Assembly (NCBI GenBank): GCA_002633005.1
Contig: NMRA01000804.1
Coordinates: forward strand, 1-64,000
Reading direction: 5' to 3'
Source: Phoronis australis
Lineage: Eukaryota > Animalia > Phoronida
DNA length: 64,000 bases
The stretch's first letter is position 1. Each line of letters begins with the position of its first letter. Both the position numbers and the translations under genes were made by a program. Under the pieces are notes generated by a model. It was not told the DNA's origin and searched no databases. It saw only the letters and a list, made by a program, of their open reading frames with translations. Positions 23,601 through 33,286 of the stretch are shown here, in pieces.

Positions 23601-24810
23601 CACAGACACACCTTCATTTCCAAGCCGCCAGTTTACCAGACAAACAACACGTTGAGGGTTAAAACTTATTGTTTAATTGTTTGTCGACTTTCCGCAAGGC
23701 AGAGCTTGCGATAGGAGACTTGGGCTATTATATGCTCCTAATTATCTACCAGTTGCATGGTTAAACTGTGCCGAACTTAAAAATTTCTCTGTGTAGTCAA
23801 AGCACTTACAAAAATGTTTAAGAATTGTAGAATTTTGAAATGTGTACAAGAAAGATCGTGACTATAAATAACTGGTGAGGCCACTTGTGACAATTACAGA
23901 CATTAGAAATTCAATCTTTTCTTAGTAGGAATGGCAGAATTTGGAAAATAAATTGCTACAAGAATGCAGCCAAAAACAAATTGACACTAGATGGTGCAAT
24001 CTTCACCTTAAGTTCGTCCAATAAGCTAATGGCTTCAATTCTTGATGAGGACATATTTGACAAGATTTTGAAGATCCACCACAAAGAAAAATATAATTGC
24101 CAATTAAGTCAGAGCCTAGTTCATCCAAAAGTGCACAACTGTGCTATGCTCATTGATAGAAGCACAATTGTCAAACTTCATGACGAAGCTCTATATGCAA
24201 GAACTTGGCAGACACTGAGGCTCTATACAGCTGGCACTGAGGCAGCATCGTCGTATACCCATACATCCAGTGCTCCTCTCAATAGGATCACACCAGTCCT
24301 GTTAAATTTCACAAATTTGAGGGAGACGCGCAAATATAACTATAACTATGACGCACTAAGTTGACTATTTTCACAATTAATGGACCTTCAACTTGGTGGA
24401 TAGAGCAGTAGACGGCAAAAGAAAACTGGCCCCACGAGGAGCATATTATGTACGTCGAAGAATTTATGAGAACGATAGCTTTTTGATGAAAATCCGTCCA
24501 TGAAATCCAAGGATACAAGTAAACATAAAAAAGCACAATTGCCAATAGGGACGACACTGGTACTTTCTAATATCAATTAAATGTGCTGTAGCCAGATTAC
24601 TGGTAATTAATCTGTGTCTGCATGACTGGCTCCGCCCTTACCTTCATAGTTGCCAGTACCGCCTTGCCCACCACCTCTAACTCCATAGTTACCACCACCG
24701 CCACGCCCGCCGCCTCTAACTCCATAGTTACCAGAGCCACGTCCATTGCCTCTAATGCCAGAGTNGCCGCCTCTTCCACCATGACTGCTACCGCCCCTCG
24801 TCTGCTCCAT
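10562..24810 (-). CDS. PARP12: PARP12/ZAP (ZC3HAV1)-family CCCH-WWE-PARP protein, whole gene span, 9 coding exons, ~1524 aa
   Basis: Exons 24810-24642, 22715-22439, 21969-21681, 20824-19102, 18628-18443, 18025-17824, 14202-13997, 13461-13060, 11681-10562; all GT-AG with compatible phases once one base is restored near 22617; domain order CCCH-WWE-WWE-PARP as in PARP12/PARP13; symbol marks the family, not proven orthology. Confidence 0.85.
12132..12199. repeat. 17-bp tandem repeat x4
   Basis: CCTTAAGTGGGTGACCA, four exact copies. Confidence 0.95.
12828..12931. repeat. 20-bp tandem repeat x5
   Basis: TTTACTTGAAGGTCATACAT-like units. Confidence 0.9.
13060..13461 (-). CDS. PARP12: PARP12/ZAP-like exon 8: Ser/Thr/Pro linker and start of PARP domain
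   Basis: EFGQIRDMFHESM...IREVQKISNSQLWRDY typical of the PARP domain N-terminus; phase 2/2 splice sites. Confidence 0.85.
13997..14202 (-). CDS. PARP12: PARP12/ZAP-like exon 7: WWE2 C-terminal half
   Basis: ELERKY...YEVNFEEM...TGTRLPIRSRP; AG/GT sites, phase 0/2. Confidence 0.9.
14811..15967 (+). repeat. Degenerate intronic repeat array carrying same-strand CCACYAGRKGG (CTCF-like) motifs
   Basis: Motifs at 14811, 15390, 15514, 15658, 15786, 15954 (weaker at 15060, 15156), mostly 124-168 bp apart. Confidence 0.65.
17629..17709. repeat. ~41-bp direct tandem duplication
   Basis: AATATACACCTTGACTAAGTTAAACAAATTAACCAGGAAT twice. Confidence 0.9.
17824..18025 (-). CDS. PARP12: PARP12/ZAP-like exon 6: end of WWE1 and start of WWE2
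   Basis: IAFDSMEL...IRHLST...TRWRWYY...GEWK; phase 2/0. Confidence 0.9.
18443..18628 (-). CDS. PARP12: PARP12/ZAP-like exon 5: end of 13th CCCH finger and WWE1
   Basis: (ICVDFLSNKC)YALDCHNHHCELPYYWQY...LEQKFCDP resembles the PARP12 ZnF5-WWE junction; phase 2/2. Confidence 0.9.
19102..20824 (-). CDS. PARP12: PARP12/ZAP-like exon 4: CCCH modules 2 and 3 with an HTH-like segment
   Basis: 1723-bp open exon with eight CCCH-type fingers (e.g. CPTYIKSNGNCSNTTCGFLHIC); acceptor ctactttcag, donor ta|gtgagt. Confidence 0.92.
21681..21969 (-). CDS. PARP12: PARP12/ZAP-like exon 3: CCCH fingers 3-4
   Basis: VCWNYNFSPEGCADHSCSRLHVCAKFALGTCQSPKACGKCH; phase 0/1. Confidence 0.88.
22439..22715 (-). CDS. 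PARP12: PARP12/ZAP-like exon 2: CCCH fingers 1-2, with an apparent 1-bp deletion near 22617
   Basis: KLCLQYHLSNGNCV / PDCFYLHVCKTWLSGRRCPPHCSMCH in two frames; 277 bp is one short of the phase-compatible length. Confidence 0.8.
24642..24810 (-). CDS. PARP12: PARP12/ZAP-like probable first coding exon: RGG/Gly-rich
   Basis: ATG 24810, MEQTRGGSSHGGRGG...NYGVRGGG x2; acceptor ends 24840; donor g|gtaagg phase 1 matches exon 2. Confidence 0.65.
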
Positions 24811-27436
24811 TGCGTGCAATTCTCAAACAGTAATATTCACTGAAACAGAACACAATATATCAAATACAAACAACCAATTGCCAAAATGATAAGCCAACAA
24901 ACAGAGAGTATACAATAGGCTTGGATTTTGATCACGATTATGGCAAAATCCATGAGATAATAACGTTATGAGCCTATATCAACACGTGATTAAATCTCAA
25001 ATCCCTGGAGTACAGAGGCACTGGGGGCTCTGGTTTCCACTGACCACTTGCACGAAACAGTTCCTAACTATCTACGGTACCTTAAGTTTTCACCACATTG
25101 TGGACTTGTGAAAAATTGATAGTTCTTTATTCTCATTACCAAATCAGTTTTTGACTTTGTTATGCACCAAGAGAAAACTCTATGCAGAACTCTCAATATT
25201 ATTTAAAATTAATAAATGGGGACTGTTTCATGCAAGCCCCTAACTTAAGGACTAAGTCCTTGTTTTTTTCATTGAAATAAGTTCTGTTTATGAATATACT
25301 ATTTAGAGTTTGTCAGTACTCATTAGTCACACAGAGGCTCATACAACAAAAGATAAAGTGATAGAAGAAAATAACAGTTTTGAACTTAGGTGAGTCCCAA
25401 TTTGGGACAGTTTCATGCAAATGATTCTCACAGATCAGCTGCTCTTTGCAGTTTTTGTTCAATACACGTCTTCTTCCACTGGGCGAGACAGTCCACGCTT
25501 GCATGCTTTTCAACAAAACATTATGAAAAGGTCCCTTTGTGGTAGTGGCTCGAAATGCATGATACACAAAACTACAACTGAAATGATGTCAGCTCGTCAG
25601 ATGAGCTTTGGTTGTGAATTCATTGAAAATTGATTTAAAACGTTGAAACCAGACATCTCTGATGACGGCACTGACAAATAATCTATACACCGTAACAAGG
25701 CCGCGATCAAACCAATACTCCATCGACCACAGTTACACATTCGATGCCATTACAATATATATTTGACTTGTTTGAGTCGTCTTCATGTTTAATCACCATT
25801 GTCTCAATTTCAACTAACATTCACGTGAGGTTAGCAAGAAACACGCAAAGCCTTTTCACATCTTCCGACCTTGAACTTTTTGAGCCCGTAAACAACTGCA
25901 CACTGTTGTGGGCAAAACTTTGTTCAGAACTGGCCTAAGCCTCAAGCATCAACGTGCTTGTCGTGGAAAACTTGAAGTGAGACTTGATTCTAATGGACTG
26001 CATGTATAAATTGTGCATAATTCCCTTGGCGGCCTTTCAGGCAATAAGCTCTTTGACTGACAGTTTAAAATGCCTTGCTGTCGAGCCACCTGCAGGCATC
26101 ATGGCTTGGATTCCCAGCTTACGGGCCACAGGTGTGAGTCCATTGATCACCATCAGTACACAGTATATACATGAAGGTGTCACACTTAGTTCCCATCAGA
26201 ATTTCAGAAGTATTCCATTTGAACCAATAGAAAAAAATTCTAAGAAACAGCAGCTATGGTTCAACTAATCATGCACAGCCCTCTTGAAAGACATTGATAG
26301 CACTTATGAGCATTCTGCTGCAGCAGTGTCACACAAAACCTAGTAGGCCACCATTATATGTAACGGAAGACACCTATGTAAACAGTTCCAGATAACAGAC
26401 GAGACAACATGTATAGATTCGCCACAGCGAGAATTAAGGTCAGAGTTTTTCAAATAAACAGTGCATCTCATATCTGTGATGTAGGAATATGAGAACTCTG
26501 GAGTTTTATGTTGTGTACCAATTCACTGGAGCAGGGCATTTTAAATGATCAAAAAAGAACAATAAATGTTTATAGTTATGTTTCTTGGAAATATGCACAG
26601 ATTTAGAATTGTTTGAAATTAATGGGCAACTCTGAAATTCTGGGACAATGTGACATAACTTTGTGTAGTGTACTGCACGAGCAGATGACTAACATGTCTG
26701 GAGCTAGGATCTCACGCAGGATGTTGGGGGTCTTGTAGAGGCCAGTCAGCCAACAGTTATAAGCATAAGAAAACTGCTAGGAAACAATATGCTGTGTAAA
26801 ACTATGTTGACTTAATTATCTTCCACTGTGATGGTGTTAAATGTGTCCGTAGTTTATTTCAGTTTATGTTTTTTAATGATCTGTACACATACCTGTTGTA
26901 TACATCTAATTAGGGAGGACAATCGAAAAGTAGGTGCTCCATATCTGCCTCTGTGTAAAACCCACGTTGGTAAATTACCCGATTTCAGACTTCAAAGTTA
27001 ACTACAAGACAATTTTGTGTTATAAATCGTTACCTTAGTCTTTATCTGTAATCTTTTTGTCTCGACTTATTGCTGATAAATCATCTTTGTAAGCTTTTTT
27101 AGCACGCGATTTTCCGCCATGCGACCAATTTTTAGATGAAGAATTTATCACTCTTTTAATTGGTAATTATTTCTTTTTCAGACATTCTGTCAAACTGCTG
27201 CGCATTGACACTTTTCAAACAGCAGTCGTTAGTTCACTAAGTCGCCGCATGTCAGCGCCACCTGCGGCTACGTTGAAGTTCAATGGCATCGCAACTTCAT
27301 CATTCAAAATAAAGTTGTTACAAAGAGTTTTTGTTGCGTAAATGATGAAATCCTTCATGTTAAGAGTGATTTGTGTTCCCAAATGGTCTTTTGTCTACTT
27401 TCTGATGTTTTTTTGCCATGATACGATCTAATAGTA

Positions 27437-27529
27437 CATGGGTGGCACCCAGCACTGAAAAAAGTGGGGGAAGCTATAGCCTTCCCCGGCGACCCCAGCC
27501 CCCTTTCAGGCAATGATGTGTTGCCCATG
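27437..27529. mobile_element. MITE-like element with 5-bp TSD (second copy 31533-31625)
   Basis: CATGGG...CCCATG flanked by TAGTA at 27432-27436 and 27530-27534. Confidence 0.6.
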
Positions 27530-28204
27530 TAGTAGTATTCAGGGGCAGATCTAGGATTTTTAGATAAGACGGGGTGCCAGGGCAGAGTATTACGCAGGAT
27601 TTTACCCATAAGATATTNNNNNNNNNNNNNNNNNNNNNNNNNNNNNNNNAACTCATCATTGCTGTAATAATAAGAACTTTTGATGGTGAACTCAAAACCG
27701 CCTCTGGTCGGGTCATAGTGGGACAGTGCAACTGTTTAGATCCAACACAGTGCTTTGCCTTTTAGCAACACTCAGACCAGCAAAAGGCAACATGCTGCAA
27801 GCTAATCGTATTTTACGCTACTAAATATAGATTCAGCCAGTTTGAAATCTCCAAAAAATTCACGAAAACTGAAGAAGGATGAATTCTGAAGCGCAAACAA
27901 AACAAAATACCTACCTAGCGTCTCTCCACCGAAGGCCAAGCATCAACTTCTAAACTGTAACGCTGTTTACGTGATGTTGGTTTGTTTCACCAGTACTAGT
28001 TTCCAAGAAATTGTAGTCTCAATACCATGCTCAATCAAAGACTGTTTTTTGTACTAATAACCTAAACTTTTTTCGACATCAATGTGACTTGAATGGTAAA
28101 AAAAATTTAATGAAATTTGAAACAGGCCATTTAGCTATAATAATTGGCAAAAAATTACAGTTATGGAAAACATAGGAGTTTTGAGAGTAAAAGGCAGTGT
28201 TTCA

Positions 28205-28215
28205 AAGATGGCGGC
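28205..28215 (+). promoter_or_regulatory. YY1-type motif near the probable USP24 TSS (copy at 32890-32900)
   Basis: AAGATGGCGGC ~150 bp upstream of the ATG. Confidence 0.5.
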
Positions 28216-28352
28216 GCACGCGAAAAACTGGAGTGTCCCTTGTTTTCATGTAAATCACTGTAAATTGACCTTTCCTGTTAATTTGAAAGGGTAGTTCATA
28301 TTCATCTAGCTGGATATTAGATTATGGATTTTGAAGAATACCAGAAATAAGT

Positions 28353-28601
28353 ATGGATGTAAACGAGGAACACGTACAGACACTTTTGAGCATGGGATTC
28401 CCCCATGAATCGGAAATCCGGACAGCGTTGCGGTTGGGCAAGAACGACCTGAACGAAGCGGTGGCCATTCTAACTAACGAACACCCTGGCTCAGGATTCG
28501 AAACATTTGATGATGTGGAAATGAAGGATGAGCCAAGAGCCTTAGTGGAGTATGGTCCATCCCTCCCCCCGCCATCTTACGATGATGTTGTGCATACAGA
28601 A
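28353..28601 (+). CDS. USP24: USP24 exon 1 (UBA domain), copy A
   Basis: [16 protein letters not shown]...[19 protein letters not shown]; donor gaa|gtatgt. Confidence 0.85.
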
Positions 28602-29789
28602 GTATGTGGAATTTTAAAAACTACTCTGTGCTTTTGTTCTATAGATACCTTAGTAAAATCGTTTCACATTAGTTATTGTTGTTTACCGTTAGACCTACGC
28701 CTCCTGTCCTGGAACCTAGTCCTGGAGGCCCAGGCAGTATCAGAGTACAGCTCCTCTGGCTTTGCCCTGTTGTAGCCCGACAAGAGAGGCAGTGATATGC
28801 ATTTCAATATTTAAAAAAGAATAACATTGAATGATGTGTGATTCAGAAGAAACTGTTTGAAGCATGCCAAACGAATTATTTAGTCACAGCATTATTAGCC
28901 AATCATATGAATCATAAACATTGGTATTACTCCTGACTCAGCTATTCAATTTACCAATGCCGTATATGGAAAGAATGGGCAGCGCAAATTGCCTTTGCTG
29001 GCAACCTGGCGAAAATCCCAAGTTGGCAAATGAATTCTGGGGCGGCCAAAACTGATAATCACAGGTTGCCAAATGAAATATGAGGTTGCCGATCCAGCAT
29101 AAAAGTTGTCGACTAAAAACATTAAAAAAATTTATGGTCATCATGTGTCTCATTCTCAGTGTTGTGAATATACATTCATTCTCTGACTCAATTCCTCTCG
29201 CCAACGAACGAACATAGAACTCGCACAATTGCATGCACTGGGGGTGCATATTTCACTGATCTTGACCGATTTTTGCGGAATAATTTCTGTCTACTTCTTG
29301 TTGTAATTTAGTGTGTTTGATGTGTGCTGACTCCTGTGGTGGCAAATGCACCGATTTCATGGAGTAAACTGAACAACTACGAATAAAAGGTAATGAATCT
29401 AGGAAAACTGTCAGTAATTTGAAATTTGGGGAAGTCAACACGAACATTGAAACAAATATAGGAGGAATTATTGTCTGACTTTGATACTCACAATGGCGAC
29501 TTTGTGGCGACTTGAGATTTATCCCAGGTCGCCAAACACAATCTAAAGTTGCATTGGCGACCTGCAGGTGGCACTGATAGGTCACTCAGTTTCACTTGAC
29601 CTCACCCTGCCTATCTTAAATTTTGGAACCTCGTAAACACGGGTCCTCAAAACTGTGACATGTATGAGATGGACTCTTAAAAATAAATTGACGGCACAAT
29701 AGTGAATACAAACGTCCATGTATAACTGGCTATTGCAATGCGATTGCGTTGGAAAGCATGTGGTTGTTAAATTTTTACAATACTTGCAG

Positions 29790-29973
29790 AGCTGTGACAA
29801 AACATCGTGTGAGAACAGCGGAGAACAGGTGGAAAGCCAGACATTTGAGTTTCCAGTCACAAACCTGTACGAGCTAGAGGGGAGAGTGTTTACTGAATCC
29901 TGGTCTATTCCATATAAGAAGGAGGAGTCCCTTGGCAAATGTCTCATGGCTGCAATAAGACTGGCAAAGGAAG
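29790..29973 (+). CDS. USP24: USP24 exon 2, copy A
   Basis: [34 protein letters not shown]. Confidence 0.85.
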
Positions 29974-30325
29974 GTGTGTGGTAACATGCGTAAACCTAAA
30001 GCAAAGTCTTCGAAGTAACAGTAACTTCTGTTCAAATTTTCTAAAACATGGTTATCGAAAATTCCATTTTTTAGTGGCTGATCGCGTTTTTAACTTCTGA
30101 GGATTCACCTTGGTTTGTTTCATGGTGACTGTTGTGTACAAAGCATAAGGTGAAGTCGCTGTTTCCTTGATTAAGATTATTTTTGTCCATAAATTTGACT
30201 AATAAAATTTCATCTGTCTGCGAAGTTGTATGCTTAAATGTATACAATTTGAAATAACTGCATGCCATACAACGGGTTGGGAGCACTAGATTAATTGACC
30301 TAATGCTTTTGTTTATCATTGTTAG

Positions 30326-30393
30326 GTCTCCTGGAGGCGGATGAGTACTGTCGGCGTTTTCTTAACAAGTGCATGCCGGAGTGTTTTCACAAG
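30326..30393 (+). CDS. USP24: USP24 exon 3, copy A
   Basis: [22 protein letters not shown]; phase 1/0. Confidence 0.8.
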
Positions 30394-31125
30394 GTAAGTT
30401 GTCTTGGCTTGCTAGAACACGATTCCTCAAAACAAAGTTCCCGTTTTACCAAAAGCCATCACTTCTACACTCTGTCTTGGCACAGACTGTCGTAAGTTCC
30501 ACTGAATGTGGGTCATGAAATTGGTCAATACATGTTCATGCAAAGAACGTTGAAGTTTACTGGTCTTGTAAAAAGCACAGTGTTACATTGACAATAATGT
30601 GCTTACGACCATCTTTTTTATGTCTCAGTATACGAGTGTGGATAAAATGGACACCCAGCTCTTTTTGTTATACTTGTAATGGTTTACCTGTCACGTGACT
30701 TCAGACGACTTTTTGCCATTACAAACTCTAAATTAAGTCGAGACTTGGGAACTAAATCGAAGATTGAAAACATTTGTAAGAAGTTCGTAAAACTCACACA
30801 TTTTGGAAATTGCTGTAAGTACAAAACCAGTGTTGATATTGAATTATGGACAGAAGACACAATCCTTACTGTTGCCTGTTCAAACAATTGCAGACTTTCT
30901 ATGTGATATCTTATGGGCGACAACTCTAACTAAAGCCGTACAATACAGCTCCTTAGCCATATAGATGCTTGCCAGACAGACACGTGGGACGTATCTATGA
31001 TTTCAGCTGATTTCATTGCTGAACAATTGGCTGCGTTTTGTTAAGTTCGCTGGTTTGTTGGACGCGCCTCTTTAGGGGTGTTTAAGCCCAGTGAACTTTG
31101 TCAAGATGGCTGCTGTGTTCACAAC

Positions 31126-31202
31126 TAGACAATAACCCTTGGGTTTTTCTAACGATGCTTTATTAAGCAAGACGAATGTCCGTCTGAAACATACAAAATG
31201 AA
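31126..31202. mobile_element. Left end of a TAG-terminated TIR element (right end at 39882-39953)
   Basis: ACAAC|TAGACAATA here; TATTCTCTA|ACAAC at 39945-39958; both map to one empty site at ~35839-35843. Confidence 0.65.
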
Positions 31203-33037
31203 NGCAATATGCCCCCCCCCCCAATTTTTAGATGAAGAATTTATCACTCTTTTAATTGATAATTATTTCTTTTTCAGAAATTCTGTCAAACTGCTGCGCA
31301 TTGACACTTTTCAAACAGCAGTCGTTAGTTCACTAAGTCGCCGCATGTCAGCGCCACCTGCGGCTACGTTGAAGTTCAATGGCATCGCAACTTCATCGTT
31401 TAAAATAAAGTTGTTACAAAGAGTTTTTGTTGCGTAAATGAGGAAATCCTTCATGTTAAGAGTGATTTGTGTTCCTAAATGGTCTTTTGTCTACTTTCTG
31501 ATGTTTTTTTGCTATGATACGATCTAATAGTACATGGGTGGCACCCAGCACTGAAAAAAGTGGGGGAAGCTATAGCCTTCCCCAGCAACCCCAGCCCCCT
31601 GTCAGGCAATGATGTGTTGCCCATGTAGTAGTATTCAGGGGCAGATCTAGGATTTTTAGATAAGAGGGGGTGCCAGGGCAGAGTATTACGCAGGATTTTA
31701 CCCATAAGATATTTGCACCCTCAAAGTGCCAAATGAAATCTGGGAGTTTTAGGGGGGGGGGGCACGGGCTGGCCCCCTTGCACCTCCCCCAATCCACCAA
31801 TGTCATCTTTGTGGTTTGATGTTATAATTCCTCCTACCTCAGATGTATTTATTTCTGAGCTGATGTGTTATTTTTTGCTCTTTACCTTTTAAGCTGTGCA
31901 ATCCATTGCTTTCATCAAACATGAGGATGATGCATGACGAGCATGTTCCACATGCTAAAAACACATTTAAAGAGCAATATCTATGTAGAAATCGATCCAA
32001 ATTTTATATAATAGCCTACACATCACCACGTTTGTCTCAATGAGACGATTTTTTTATATGCAGCACATTACGAAATTATGTAAACAGCCTAAAAAGGCAG
32101 ATATTTTACGCATAATCGTCGCGTTTCAACGGCCATTTCCTCAGTAACCGCTCACCCAATTTTTCTGATTTTTGCACCATTTCATTTCTCACACCAAGAG
32201 CTTTTCAAAAATGTATGACATATGGGTATTGCAAAAAAAATTTAAAAATGTACGTCCCTAATATAATTTCTTGTCAGCTCACTCGAAAGCATCATGTTCA
32301 CGTTGTTCATCTCCTGCGACAGTCTCATTAATTATAACTCATCATTGCTGTAATAATAAGAACTTTTGATGGTGAACTCAAAACCGCCTCTGGTCGGGTC
32401 ATAGTGGGACAGTGCAACTGTTTAGATCCAACACAGTGCTTTGCCTTTTAGCAACACTCAGACCAGCAAAAGGCAACATGCTGCAAGCTAATCGTATTTT
32501 ACGCTACTAAATATAGATTCAGCCAGTTTGAAATCTCCAAAAAATTCACGAAAACTGAAGAAGGATGAATTCTGAAGCGCAAACAAAACAAAATACCTAC
32601 CTAGCGTCTCTCCACCGAAGGCCAAGCATCAACTTCTAAACTGTAACGCTGTTTACGTGATGTTGGTTTGTTTCACCAGTACTAGTTTCCAAGAAATTGT
32701 AGTCTCAATACCATGCTTAATCAAAGACTGTTTTTTGTACTAATAACCTAAATTTGTTTGGACATCAATGTGACTTGAATGGTAAAAAAATATAATGAAA
32801 TTTGAAACAGGCCATTTAGCTATAATAATTGACAAAAAATTACAGTTATGGAAAACATAGGAGTTTTGAGAGTAAAAGGCAGTGTTTCAAAGATGGCGGC
32901 GCACGCGAAAAACTGGAGTGTCCCTTGTTTTCATGTAAATCACTGTAAATTGACCTTTCCTGTTAATTTGAAAGGGTAGTTCATATTCATCTAGCTGGAT
33001 ATTAGATTATGGATTTTGAAGAATACCAGAAATAAGT

Positions 33038-33286
33038 ATGGATGTAAACGAGGAACACGTACAGACACTTTTGAGCATGGGATTCCCCCATGAATCGGAA
33101 ATCCGGACAGCGTTGCGGTTGGGCAAGAACGACCTGAACGAAGCGGTGGCCATTCTAACTAACGAACACCCTGGCTCAGGATTCGAAACATTTGATGATG
33201 TGGAAATGAAGGATGAGCCAAGAGCCTTAGTGGAGTATGGTCCATCCCTCCCCCCGCCATCTTACGATGATGTTGTGCATACAGAA
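33038..33286 (+). CDS. USP24: USP24 exon 1, copy B
   Basis: Same coding sequence as 28353-28601. Confidence 0.85.

Noticed and set aside
22757-26100. Coding-looking minus-strand stretches (22757-22950, ~23990-24330, ~25700-26100) as extra exons
   Set aside because: They contain stops or lack phase-compatible donors and show no recognisable domain; at most decayed pseudogene or TE fragments.
28353-30393. A separate short UBA-only USP24 paralog
   Set aside because: Nearly identical to 33038-35113 including introns, differences almost all synonymous, junctions at Ns; best explained as the other haplotype.
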